A stretch of DNA of 64,000 bases from Hamiltosporidium tvaerminnensis FI-OER-3-3 (Eukaryota > Fungi > Microsporidia), in contig CM061249.1 in NCBI GenBank assembly GCA_022605425.2, positions 496,001 through 560,000 of the forward strand. The letters are read 5' to 3'. The position numbers and the translations under genes were made by a program. The notes beneath the pieces were generated by a model. It made no database searches. It had not been told where the DNA came from and worked only from the letters and a program-made list of their open reading frames with translations. Below, in pieces: positions 52,294-64,000 of the stretch (position 1 is its first letter; each line of letters starts with the position of its first letter).

Positions 52294-53193
52294 ATGGAAT
52301 TTATATCAAAAATTTACAATTATTTTACTTCTGATGTTGAAACAAAATCTTATGACGATTTATCAAATGAATTAAAAACAGTCATGATTTCTGGATCTAT
52401 TTATAACGGTGGAAGAACAGAAATAACGAAAACGATCGGAAGAAATTTACAAATTTATACATGCATGTCAGTTGGAGACATATTTAGTAAAAACAGTGAA
52501 AAATCACAAATAACCGCCAAAAATGTTCAATTTGGATGTGTAATGGCAGGAAATGGAAAAATATTAAATTTATTAATAGATGGCAATACATTACAAAGTA
52601 GATTATCCTTGTTTACCAGAAATATTGCAATCAAGTACGAAAACATCATTTCAAAAATAAATGGAATTCATTCTCAAGTGAACGTAGACCACAAAAACAA
52701 ATTCGGTGCAATAAGTTTAAAATATATTTCACCTTCTTTTCCTTTAAATACGAATGTATTTGTTATGAATTATGTTAAAAATTTTTATAAAAAATTGTAT
52801 TTTGGTTTTGAAAATATTCTCACGGATGTTACCGGAAAAAAAGAACTTGGAATTAGTGTAATAGGACGGTATGAAGGAAAAAATCACATTTCAAGTCTCT
52901 CAGTTCAACAATTTACTTCATTTTGTTTTTCTCATGTAAGAAAATTTAATGAAATATTTAAATTTGCGAATGAAATACATTTTTCACCATTTACAAATAA
53001 TTTTTACTCAAGTATTGGCATCCGACTGGATACTTATAAATCTATTGTCAAATCGGAAATCAATACCAATCTAAAACTTGCTTTACAAATTGAAAAGAAA
53101 CTTTTTGAAGGAATGATTTTTAATATTGGAACAGAGGTAGATCTTCTAAAAAATTCGAATATTTTTGGATTCGGTATTTCTTATGAATGTTAA
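52294..53193 (+). CDS. TOM40: Tom40-like beta-barrel (eukaryotic porin family), mitosomal import channel
   Basis: ~300 aa with alternating beta-strand pattern, Y.G.R.EITK and a C-terminal beta-signal (IFGFGISYE). ATG at 52294. Confidence 0.75.
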   Translation: MEFISKIYNYFTSDVETKSYDDLSNELKTVMISGSIYNGGRTEITKTIGRNLQIYTCMSVGDIFSKNSEKSQITAKNVQFGCVMAGNGKILNLLIDGNTLQSRLSLFTRNIAIKYENIISKINGIHSQVNVDHKNKFGAISLKYISPSFPLNTNVFVMNYVKNFYKKLYFGFENILTDVTGKKELGISVIGRYEGKNHISSLSVQQFTSFCFSHVRKFNEIFKFANEIHFSPFTNNFYSSIGIRLDTYKSIVKSEINTNLKLALQIEKKLFEGMIFNIGTEVDLLKNSNIFGFGISYEC

Positions 53194-54290
53194 TTTTTCA
53201 TAGTTTTAATCTATTATAGTATATTTTAATTTTAAGACTGGTTTTTAGGTAAAAACCACAAATTGATTTAGTTTATAGATAATAAAAATATCTCTTATTT
53301 TTTATATTTACTGTATTTTCGAATCGCTTTCGTATTTAGATTTGTATTAAATCTTACAAATAATTTTACAAACTTTTTATATTTTTTTAACCTGAAATGC
53401 ATTCAGATTTTATAAACTTAATAAAGCATATTTTTTAGATATTTTTATATTTAATATTTCTTTTAATGATCATAGAAAATTCATTAAAATCGTTTTATTT
53501 GGAAAGAATGTTGATGATATTGTAATTTAAAATATAAAGCTATGTTATTTTTACTTTCGAAAAAAATATTTCTTGTATCAGTTAGGAGCCATGAAATGAA
53601 TAAAATCAAATTTTTCAAATACATATAAAACTAAAAAGGAATATATAAATCCATTGAAATGTTGGCATAACTACCACTTTACGTTTATTAATATAAAAAT
53701 TTAAAACTTAAAACAATAATTTAAATTAGATGTATATTGTTTGAAAAAAAAATTGAAAAAATGATGAATGCAAAAGGAATTTTCTATCGTTTGAGTCATA
53801 AAAATATATTTTTAAGTCTTTTTTTTCTTTTATCTCTTCAATATTAGGAAATCGAATGATATGATATTTTTAAAAATATATTCGTTATATTCAATTCTAT
53901 TGCTACATGTTTTAAAGCTAGAAATATTATTTTTTGAACATCGATAAAAAACGTTTCTGCTACTGTAATTATAAAACCGTATATGGTTTATAACGCTACA
54001 AATTTTAAATAAATTCAAAAGTTTATAAATTTTTATTTTATATTAATTTTAATCATAATTTTCTATTTATTTTTACACTTCTGTTTTTGTAGATTCTCAT
54101 AAGATAACAGAATTTAAAGAATTTATTTTATATTAATTTATCTTAAAAAAATATCGATTTGACTTTTTATGATTAATTTTTCAAAATTTCGAATAAAAAT
54201 TCAAATTATCAACGATACCGTCTAAAAGTCTCACTTAAAAATAAATTATTTGTTGAATTATTTTACAATATTTTTTAAATTTATCTAAAA

Positions 54291-55016
54291 GTGGAGGTAG
54301 GATAACCACAGAAAAAACTTTTTGCTTGGCAATGAGTGTGTGAAACTGGTGTGAGGATCATTTTTTGGATTTTTGGTGCAAATAAAACCCCACTAAATCT
54401 TCGATTGTTTCATGGGATTTGTTATTAGGAGGAGAGGTCTAAGAAATAGCGAAATTTTTTCTACAAATTTGTTTGTAGTTTTTTATGTAACCAGATTGCA
54501 GACCGCTGCTGAAACTATAGGTATTTGCTATGTAAAAGCATTGAAACCTAGCCTTGCTCACTCGGGTTAGAAGACTTATTGCCTGGGAGATATAAAAATA
54601 AAAACCATTTAAAGCCGGGAAAGCCAGGTAGCAGGTTATAGTTGTTGTTATAGCATTTCTTGTCCAAGTCGACCTATTTAAGTCTCCGAAATATATCTTA
54701 TCTAGAAGTTTATTGGGTTTAGAAAGTCTGGATTATATGGAAGAGCGTACAGCCTGAGAACTAAAGATAGCTTTAGACCTTCGATCAAACTCCACGCAAT
54801 CAACAGCAAAGAACTTCGGGCAACTGCCTCGCGTAGTAATTAGGTTCTACACACCTGGTAGATAAAAGGTTTTGGGATGTAGGTATCCCAGGGTTTAGTG
54901 ATGGTGAGGTGGGGTAGCAGTTATTTATGTTAAACCTAGAACAGCGTAAATGTCATGAAAACAAATATAAACTTGCCACTATTTGAAAAAAGATTGGATA
55001 CATACTCTTAAATAAA
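54291..55016 (+). mobile_element. ~725-bp SINE-like repeat, copy S4
   Basis: Colinear with S3. Possible eroded TSD tttatctaaaa / tttatttgaaa (9 of 11 match). Confidence 0.9.
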
Positions 55017-55101
55017 GTTTTTATTTGAAACCAAAAATTATTTAAACTCTTAAAATATTTAAAAATATTTTTTAATTTAGAATTATCCATTAAATACTCA
55101 T

Positions 55102-55443
55102 TTAATTACAAAATGTAAATACCATTTGAGCTATTCTATCATTTACATTATATATAAATTCCTCTTTTCCATAATTAGTTACACAAACCACTATTTCTTG
55201 TAATGTATTTGGTGGAATATATTCACCAGATACATCTATAAGATGTTTAGATGCTAAACCAGAACGTGGTAATATAAGTGTAAGATATGGTACTTCTAAA
55301 AGTATTCCTGTATGTATAAATGTGGTGGTTTCTGGTGCTATTTTACGCGATGTACATGTATATAAATCATAACCGGCTGAACCAGATGTTTGGCGATGTG
55401 GTACTTTGGCATCATGATGTATTTTTTTAATTGTATATGTCAT
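55102..55443 (-). CDS. DUT: dUTPase-like protein lacking C-terminal motif 5
   Basis: Motifs SAGYDL, IHTGI, ILPRSGLA and DRIAQMVF. ATG at 55443, preceded by CCC. Confidence 0.85.
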   Translation of the reverse strand: MTYTIKKIHHDAKVPHRQTSGSAGYDLYTCTSRKIAPETTTFIHTGILLEVPYLTLILPRSGLASKHLIDVSGEYIPPNTLQEIVVCVTNYGKEEFIYNVNDRIAQMVFTFCN

Positions 55444-55819
55444 TATGGGTATTAAATTTAGCAAAAATATAGGAAAAAATGATTTTAGATAGAAATAACG
55501 GAAATGTTTAGATTTATTAAAAAATAAATTTGATTGCTCAAAAATATAAAGAAAAATGATTTCTTATTGTACTGTATGTTATGAATATTCACATAGTAAT
55601 GTTTTTCGTTTAAAAGTTTTTATTAGTGTATTTTTAAAAATAATAATTTTTTTCTATGTTTTTCTATATTTTTATGTTTCAAATCAAACATGTTTCTAAC
55701 TAATTATGTTTTACTATCTTTATAATAACAGAACTTCACTTCAATATTTTAATTGATAAATTATGTGGTAAACAATTTAATATTTATTTTTTGTAATAAT
55801 TATATTATATTTAAATTTA

Positions 55820-57132
55820 TGCAAAGAACGTCTATACCTTCCACGTAAAGAACTTGAAAGCGGTTTAAATAGTGTCGAGTTCAAAAGCAGACATATGCTT
55901 TTGCAACTCTTGGATTGTCTGGAAAAACATAAAGATACATCGACCAGAAGAGCAGCAATCCTAAAGGTTGAGAATATCTATAAAACCCACCTTTCACTAA
56001 TTAAAAACTTTTTAAAAATAAAATACGGGTTGGAAGAGGAAGTCACAAAAAAGAAATTGGAAGAAGCTCAACTTGCAAAACTATATAACGAAATAGAAAA
56101 ACGAAAACTCCATTCAAAGTTATATAATGCTAGAAAAAATGAGCTGTGTGTGTTAGTGACTCTTCTAGATGGCTAAAGAGGAGGAATATTAGGCCACGAA
56201 ATGAAGCGGTGTTCTGCTATATCCAGGATAGAATTGTATTCTGGCAGAATGGTATGTGCCAGAACAGCAATCAATCTAAGAAAACAGTAGAATACTAAGC
56301 AACTGATGTGAGAAAATGCTTGTTCATGACTTTTATAGACGGCATAATGAAGTGGTTAGATGCCTACACTTAATTCTACTAAATAGATATAAGTTTAAGT
56401 CCTCAAAACGAATTAGGTGTCACTCAGTTCAAGAAATTCTTGATAATGAGTATGCAGAGATAAGAGTGGACACCAGAATAAAAACTGATGTTAAAATTCG
56501 GAATAACAGACCCGACATATTTATTTTAGATAAGAAGAAGAATAAGATAACACTCATTGAAGTAGGAATCACTTCCCAAGATTCACTTCAAATAGTTGAA
56601 ACTGAAAAACTTAGGAAGTATGACCTGCTAGCCAATGAGTTTGGTCTTATTTATAAGTGTAGTGTTTAGATAATCCCTTATGTGATGACTTGGGACGGTA
56701 TTGTGGCAAAATACCATAAATCTCATCTTAAAAGACTAGAAATACCCATGAATGTAGAAGCATACATTCAGTCTATAGTACTTAAGAAAACAGTCGAAAC
56801 AATTTCCTTTGATCGACGAAGAGGACTTGAGTCAGGACTAAATGCCGAAGAGAGCTTTTAGAGAGCGTCAATGGGTGTTATTATGAGATCAGAGATGCAT
56901 GAGGAACCAACACCCCCTTTAAAAGAAGCGAAGAGAGAGGAAGATGGTGCAAAAAATTTAAAAACAAAAAATAAAACCCCCTCTTTTCACAAGGAGGAAC
57001 CACGTTAGAGGAACCGACCAATAACATAAATAAAGAGTCGGAGTTGGAAGAAGAGACAGCAGTGGTTAAAGAGGTAGAAGAAAACGGATAAAAATGATAA
57101 AAATATTTTAACCCAGAATTTTATTGAAAAAA
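55820..57132 (+). mobile_element. 5'-truncated retrotransposon copy E, degenerate and mosaic
   Basis: Same REL domain and 3' end as the other copies. Divergent patches at ~55820-56060 and ~56240-56335. Confidence 0.92.
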
Positions 57133-57280
57133 AGTATATTGAAAAGTCAAAATTTTTATATAAATAAAAAATCTTTGTATAATCGATATAAATTTTTTAA
57201 AATATAAATCAAAAATACAAATAAAATACTTTGAAAAATAGTTAAATCAAAAATACAAATAAAATATAATTTCATTTCTT

Positions 57281-57964
57281 TTATTGATACAATGCATATT
57301 TTTTTAGATTATTTATAATATATTGAATGTAATATATTATTTTTTGAACAAATATACTCGGATGTGCAAATCTGTTATATGAATCATATTTAAAGGCTGT
57401 ATATACGTAATTATGTACAGATTGAATGTTCTGATACCAAGAAAATATCAGTACAGTCAATAATGTTAGTATAAGTAGATTATATACGGTGTTTTTTATT
57501 CCAATAATTTTACCTTTTTGGTTTACGATTGATATTACCGGTTCCCGATCTGATTTTGAATTATCGACTGATGAAATCTCCCATTTTTTTGATAAAATCA
57601 GTTCTTTATTATTATTTGTTTCGTTTTGAGAGAGATGAGTGTGGAAGGCACTTAAAGGTAAAATTGGTTTAGAAGGATTATTTTCTGAAATTATCTTATT
57701 ATTTACACTTGTATTCGTATATGTCAAATACAAAGAACCATTTTTATCAACTATAGGAAGTAGATCATCTTTCCATCTCTTGATCATTTCAATCTCATCG
57801 GGTGTAAGCTCATGTAAAGAATCGTCATCGAATTGTGGAGTGTAAAAGGAGTTTAAATTATATTCATTGTCAGGTACACATGCATAACTTGTTCTGATTT
57901 CATTCCACTTGTTATTAGTTTTCTTTTCTTCTTTTATTTTTTTTATTGTTCCTACACTTTCCAT
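57281..57964 (-). CDS. Hypothetical protein with one C-proximal transmembrane segment
   Basis: 227-aa ATG-initiated ORF with hydrophobic stretch LLILTLLTVLIFSWY. Confidence 0.7.
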   Translation of the reverse strand: MESVGTIKKIKEEKKTNNKWNEIRTSYACVPDNEYNLNSFYTPQFDDDSLHELTPDEIEMIKRWKDDLLPIVDKNGSLYLTYTNTSVNNKIISENNPSKPILPLSAFHTHLSQNETNNNKELILSKKWEISSVDNSKSDREPVISIVNQKGKIIGIKNTVYNLLILTLLTVLIFSWYQNIQSVHNYVYTAFKYDSYNRFAHPSIFVQKIIYYIQYIINNLKKYALYQ

Positions 57965-58844
57965 TGTTTATGCTATTTTGTTTATTTTAATATTTTTTAA
58001 TAAAACATTTTTAAAACAAAATTTACTATTCTTGGTGTTATTTCTTTGAAATAAAATGTTTCAAAAAGTATTTTATAAGAAAAAAAGCGTTTTGATGTTG
58101 ATAGCAAACAATTTCATACTTAAAATGTTTTAAATTGTATATTTTCATGTATTTTAAAGATTGAAATTTTGATATAAATTTCTAAAGTATGAAATTTATT
58201 TTCTTATTTTTTAAAAAAATTATCATTTAAGTTTTTAATAGCGATATTTTAATTTGATGATCTCATTTTATCTTATAATGTTTAAAAGCAGGTTCTAAGG
58301 TTTTTATTTATTGATTATATTTTATTCATAGTTATAGATCTTTATATAGGTGTTTTATTTTGTTAAAAAGCTTATTTCGAGTTGTTTTTTTCATATAAAT
58401 ATTATCACCTTATTCCTTGCTTTTATAGCCGCTTAAACCTTTAAATTGTTTTTAAAACCTTGGAATTCATATAAATTTTATATTTTTATCGAATAAATCT
58501 TCATATGTTAAAAGAGATAAAATTAAATAATATTTTGTAATCTAAGGTGATCATTATGCCAATAATTATTCTAAATTCTGATTCATTTGTATTTTTAATA
58601 CAAATTTAATCTTTTATTTTGCTAAATAATTTTTAAAAAACAACGAATCTGCTTCAATCCCAATCTTATTCACCTAAAATGTGTTTACGAGTATATTCTA
58701 TAAAATAATTGTACTTTCTAAAATATATATATTGTAATAATTTAGGTGAATTCTATCTTATAAAATCTCCTAAAGAAATTTTTAAAAATAAAAACCATCA
58801 TAACAAATATTTTAATAGCTATAATCTGGTTTATATTTACTTGA

Positions 58845-59540
58845 TAATATTACATATTTAAAAAACTGTGGTACGTGTTATATTGTTTCCTTGAAATCCA
58901 CGCGGTTTTGGTTTTAACATAGATAATTGATTCTCAGCACTACATCGATATCTAAATCCCAAAGCCTAAATCTATATGGTCTATAAAACCTAATTTCTGG
59001 TCTAAGCAGAACCCCAAAGTTCGCAAATTACGATTTTAGAGACTATTACTTACGCCAAAACCAACCCCGGGCTTTCCCAATACCATATCGCGCTTCCACT
59101 TACTCTATATTTTCAGATGCAAAGAAAATTTTAGCTAGGATATATCTAAGAGGCTTACATTTAATTCAACTAGACAGATCAATGTCATATCAAAGTGTAT
59201 AACCTGCTACTCAACTTTTCTGGCTTTATTAGTTTCATTTTTATACTTCCGTGCGCTATATCTTATAATCTGAGGGAACAAGCCTAGATTTCTATGCTTT
59301 TATATGGCAATTACCTACCAGTTCAGCTGCAGTCTGCGATTCTGTTAAATAACAAACTACAAAAAATAAAAAAATGGTTTTCCTATTTGTAGATTACCTC
59401 TTTCTCATACTAAAACCAAGGACTAACCAAAAATAGAATGTTGTTTTATCTCACCGAAAATTTAAACAAAGCTGTCATACATCAATTTCACATACTCATT
59501 GTCAAGCCGAAATTTTTTATTTGGTTATTTTCTCTATAAC
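58845..59540 (-). mobile_element. ~725-bp SINE-like repeat, copy S5 (old, diverged)
   Basis: gtataacctgctact, ggcaattacctac..gttcagctgcagtctgc and tttcacatactcattgtcaagc align with S1. Confidence 0.8.
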
Positions 59541-61115
59541 TGTAATCCAGTTTAAAAGAAACAAACATCTATAATTTCTCGAAGATTTGTTATTATTGGG
59601 CTATAATTTAAATATAAAAAATGCACTAAATGATATATCTAGTTAAAATACCGAGCATTTACTCAGAAATACTTTGTATTACAGACAGTACGTTATTTAC
59701 TTCATGGTTTCGAATTAAAATTACTCAACATCAACTTTGGTTTTACCATCAGATAAACTTATTTTTCTAAGGTCAAAAGAAAAAATAGTCTAAATATATT
59801 TAAATTAAACTACAAAGAGCTATAATTTGCAAAAAAATATTTTTTTACTCATAATTTATTTAAATTTCTTGGAGACAACTTGGCATATACTGACAACCGA
59901 GAAAAAAAACTATAAAAATTGAAGAAGTCCAACATACCTTACCTCAATATATATTTAAATAATGCATATCCGAAATCTAATATTATATTTAAAACTACGC
60001 AGAAATAATTGAAAGCGTTTATCAGATATGAAATAAATAATTTTAAAATTGAAAACTAGTTGATGCGAAAAGATAATGAACTTGAAAAATTCATATTTTT
60101 ATAAAAGAAATTCCATGATTGCGTTTAAAGAAAAAAAATTTTTTTATAATCACAAATATTAGGCTTTTATTATGATAATTTGAATGAAATTAAAAAAATA
60201 AGAACTATAAATTACAAAATAATGATATTGCGAGAGCATGTTATAACTTGGCAATAATGTAAAGCCTTCTGTATACCGAAAAATATTTAAAAGTGCTAAC
60301 ATACCATTACTAGTCTGTTGAATATACGAATCAAAAGGCTGGTTTACATTTTGCAAACAATACAACTCTCTGTTAATAGAAATTTATTCCAGCATCAGGT
60401 ACATGTTTATTTTATTGAAAGAAACCGATATCATGCTGGAGTACATCTAATAAACCTGTAATGGAATTCAAAAAGTAAAACCAGCCAAATATGTTGGTAA
60501 CAATTTTTTGACAAAATACTAGAAATCAGAAAAATAAAGAAATTTGCAAGAAACTTCATCTCGTAATTATGTAAGGTAAAAATAAGTGATATAAGAAATA
60601 AATTTTATTTTAATATACGTGGCAATTTATTTATGAGTAGCTTTTGGATTCGAATATGGTTGCTTCCCATATGATCTAACTATATTAGAAACATTTGGCG
60701 AATTTTATTGATAACATTGCGCGTATTCATGTAAGAAGATTACGTATCAAATAATATTAGTAAGATTGCGGACCATACAGATGATACAACGAAAGTTATT
60801 AGTTTGGTGCGAATTATACTCCTAAACTTACCTTTTATAGTTTTAAAAATTATTATGCCACTCACATAGTATGAATTCCATATAAATTTGAAATATTATG
60901 AAATAATGAAATCTACAAAGTCTATTATCTTTTTATAAAATGAATTATAACGATTTTAAAGGAAATGTTCATGAATTAAAATAGGAATTTAAAAAACCCA
61001 AAATATTTTATTACTATCAGACTATGACCAATAAACACATATTCATAGAGAAATTGTAATTTTTTTCATTAATTATTAGAAAAATATTAGAATTAAATAA
61101 AAAACCACTATGATT

Positions 61116-61853
61116 TTATTCTTCAATAATGTTATGTAGAGCTTGTATGTTCTTTAGCTCTAAAGAAAATAGAAGTAAGGAATAATACATACATAGCAAA
61201 AAGGATTGCTTAAAACTATTTTTCCTAATTAAATATATGAAAGTTATGATTATTACAAAAACATAACTTAAGGACTTGAATAAAACCAAGTCTGCTATGG
61301 TTATATAAAATACTTTAGCGAAAATATTGTCCACACTAATCATAACAAAAATAAAAGAGCAAAATTCTAAAAATAACTCAAAAGAGACTTTTTTCTGAAT
61401 AAAATTCCAATTATTATAGCGAAATGAGACAAACAAATACGATAAAATATTTAGTATAGCATATATAGCTTTTGCTTTTGAATCGAAATTCCAAAGAGAA
61501 CTAAAATTAAGTTTATGAATTAATATCTCTGATATAATTGATGAATATATCAATACCAAAGTTGTTAAATCGTATTTATCATAACTTCTATTGTTATCGG
61601 AATTAAACGGATTTAATAGATCAGATAAGCTCAACAGAAAAGCTATTATATAATATTTTATAAAAATAGTTTTCAAAGGAAATTCTTGATCTAAAATATT
61701 CCATCTCAGACAAAATGCAAGCACTATAACTAAAAGGATTATCCATTCTAAACATAGAATAATGAAATTATATACCATATTGTAAACTCTATATCGTTGA
61801 TTTCGTTTAAACTTGGCATATTCTCTTTTATTTTTCTTCAAACTCATATTCAT
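61116..61853 (-). CDS. Hypothetical multi-pass membrane protein (paralog of 38934-39677)
   Basis: 245-aa ORF sharing E..IH.LN, KS..Y, YLIRKN.FK and C-terminal E-M/L motifs. Confidence 0.8.
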   Translation of the reverse strand: MNMSLKKNKREYAKFKRNQRYRVYNMVYNFIILCLEWIILLVIVLAFCLRWNILDQEFPLKTIFIKYYIIAFLLSLSDLLNPFNSDNNRSYDKYDLTTLVLIYSSIISEILIHKLNFSSLWNFDSKAKAIYAILNILSYLFVSFRYNNWNFIQKKVSFELFLEFCSFIFVMISVDNIFAKVFYITIADLVLFKSLSYVFVIIITFIYLIRKNSFKQSFLLCMYYSLLLFSLELKNIQALHNIIEE

Positions 61854-62539
61854 GTATCGGTATATATATTAAAAAATATAATTAAAATTAAAACCCGAAA
61901 ATTTTTTTGTTAGTTAATTAATTAAAAAGTATCAAGGACAAATCTTTTGTTCTAATAGGATTGTTTATCATAAAATTTAGATTTTCTGGAAAAATGTTAG
62001 AACTATAACAACTTTTATTTTAAATGAAAAACAAAGAAATTCATTCGAACTATATACTTTAGAAAATAAATGGTTTTCGACTATAAATATAAAAAACATT
62101 TCAATTTTATCGTTAATTCTATAATATTATCTAAAAAATTTTCTTTTTAAATTTTCGATTTTTATAAAATATACATTCGAATTTCGATTATAAATTTATA
62201 TGAATTGCAATCCAGGACTTGTTATTTGTGTTGTTTAGAATTAATATCATCTTTTCTTTAATATTATAATTTACCTATCTGAATAAATTGTTTTTTAAGT
62301 TTATATTACTCACAAAACAGAATACAAGATTTAATTCAGAAAAAAGCGAATAATTAAAAATTCATATTTTCCAAATATCAAATAAATTAAAATTTAAAAG
62401 TAAATGAATATTTTGAAAGCTTTTGTGGTTTTCATAATCTATGGTTCATTATAAAAATATTTATTCCTTATATTATAAACCAAATCTTTTTTTAATTAAA
62501 AATTGCATCTTTTTAAAAAAGTAGAAAGGAATTTGTTTT

Positions 62540-63160
62540 CAAAACCTTGAAGAAGTCCTGAGTTCGAATTGGATAAATGTTCACGCAAATTTATACCAGC
62601 ACTCCTAGAAACCTATATCAAATAGCTTTTAGTTTAATGAAGTCTAGAACCTATTGTATTGGGAAGTATTTCCCCGGGTTCATAAATTTAGGTTGCATTA
62701 GGCTATTGCAAACAATGCCGCAGCTCGAGGCTTTAAAACCAAAAGCATTTCTTTTTATTCAATACTTCCCGAATCTCATAAACATCCAGCCAAGATATAT
62801 CTCGGCGACTTACATGGGGTCCACCTATTGTAGCAAAGTCCTACCAAAACCTATAAACTGCTACCTAGCTTTCCCTGCTTTTAAAGGGAATTTTTTTATA
62901 TTGTCCAAGCGCTAGGTATTTTGATTCGAGTAGGCAAGATTATTTTTAATTTGCTTCCGAAGAGAAATCATCATAATTTAGATCGTAATTTCGATCTAAA
63001 CACATTTTAACGATCAAATTTTTCTTGAAAAGGTTTCATCATTTTCTAGAGTTCGTTCCCAAAAAAAAAATCTCACATTTTTAAACAGAATGTACTGTTG
63101 ATTCCATCCTAGTCAAACCTTAAACAATGTTTTTCAGACCAATTTCAAATATATATCACC
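62540..63160 (-). mobile_element. ~725-bp SINE-like repeat, copy S6 (diverged)
   Basis: aagatatat.tc...gacttacatggggtccaccta, ctgctacctagct and gcgctag align with S1 at 35440-35590. Confidence 0.78.
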
Positions 63161-63227
63161 AGGTATTAGTGTTGATTCAGTTTACACTTTCTACTGCCAA
63201 ATAACGACAAACTATTATATTATTATC

Positions 63228-63259
63228 CAAGGGTTGCCAAACTTTGTGGCTCGCGACCC
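63228..63259 (+). mobile_element. Possible hAT (Charlie/SPIN-like) transposon terminus
   Basis: CAAGGGTTGCCAAACTTTGTGGCTCGCGACCC resembles CAG.GGTT..CAA.CT.TGGGTCGCGACCC ends. The partner end was not found. Confidence 0.35.
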
Positions 63260-64000
63260 ATATTGACTTCATAAAAAGTTTCGCAGGCTGAGAACTCATA
63301 ATATTTTATACATGCGCATTTAAAAGTATATCTTTTATGGTTACCATTAATATTTTATGATCAAATTTTCAGAGTTTCATCCATACGTTCAAAAAAATCA
63401 AAATGTATTTAACCATAGTTTTAAAAAAAAATTTAAATGTAAATCAATAATTTAAATTAAAAAGGAAGAAATAAATAAATAGAGATATATACTTTGGAAA
63501 ATTATGTCAATTCAAAGAGTAGAGCATTTATAATCTCATCATTTCACCAAAAAATACAAAGAAAATTAATATTAAATAATTTTTAATTTATACTTTTGCC
63601 TTTTAAGCTTGGCCTACATGCCGTCAGCTGTCTCATCCTTATTTTACTCTGATAGTATAAATGTTAAAATTAACAATAGCTCATAAAATATGCATGACAA
63701 GCCCGAATTTTTATAATTAACAAGGTAAACAGATTTAATTAGATTCTGATCAAATGATTTACATGCGACTTGTAAATTTGCCAATTCAAACTGAGTTTAA
63801 TAAAACAGACTGATAAAAACATATTTATAATTTGGCGTCGAACCCTAGATTTATTAGAAAAGTGCAATGTTTTTATCACTATATCAATTGGTTAGTGTGA
63901 TCTTAATAAAAAAAACATAAAATTATGTCTTTGATAATTTTTTTTACTATTTTTTATCTTTTCTTTGCAATTGATACTGTTAAGTTATGTCAAAATTATC

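Overview
Very AT-rich eukaryotic DNA with no evident introns and low gene density. The gene set (GPI10/PIG-B, uridine kinase, Nup155/170, Tom40, dUTPase, a USP deubiquitinase), CCC motifs just before start codons and N/S/G-rich protein insertions suggest a large-genome microsporidian (Hamiltosporidium-like; inference). Positions 1-30378 are a ~14.1-kb direct tandem duplication (retroelement - GPI10 - tRNA-Trp - uridine kinase) bounded by copies of a single-ORF non-LTR retrotransposon (RT + CCHC + restriction-like endonuclease, R2/R4-type). The best candidate for an undescribed system is a ~725-bp non-coding, non-tRNA-derived dispersed repeat (6 long copies, 2 fragments). It ends in the same TTAAATAAA terminus as the retrotransposon. 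One repeat copy and an adjacent truncated retrotransposon copy each carry a perfect 12-bp target-site duplication, suggesting a LINE/SINE partner pair. Other notable items: a 30-bp minisatellite inserted in-frame in unrelated host genes in both orientations, a 7-mer array that grew inside a LINE relic, an atypical tRNA-Trp with a 4-bp anticodon stem, and a membrane-anchored USP. Many host-gene frameshifts fall in homopolymers and are probably sequencing errors. All alignments were made by eye.
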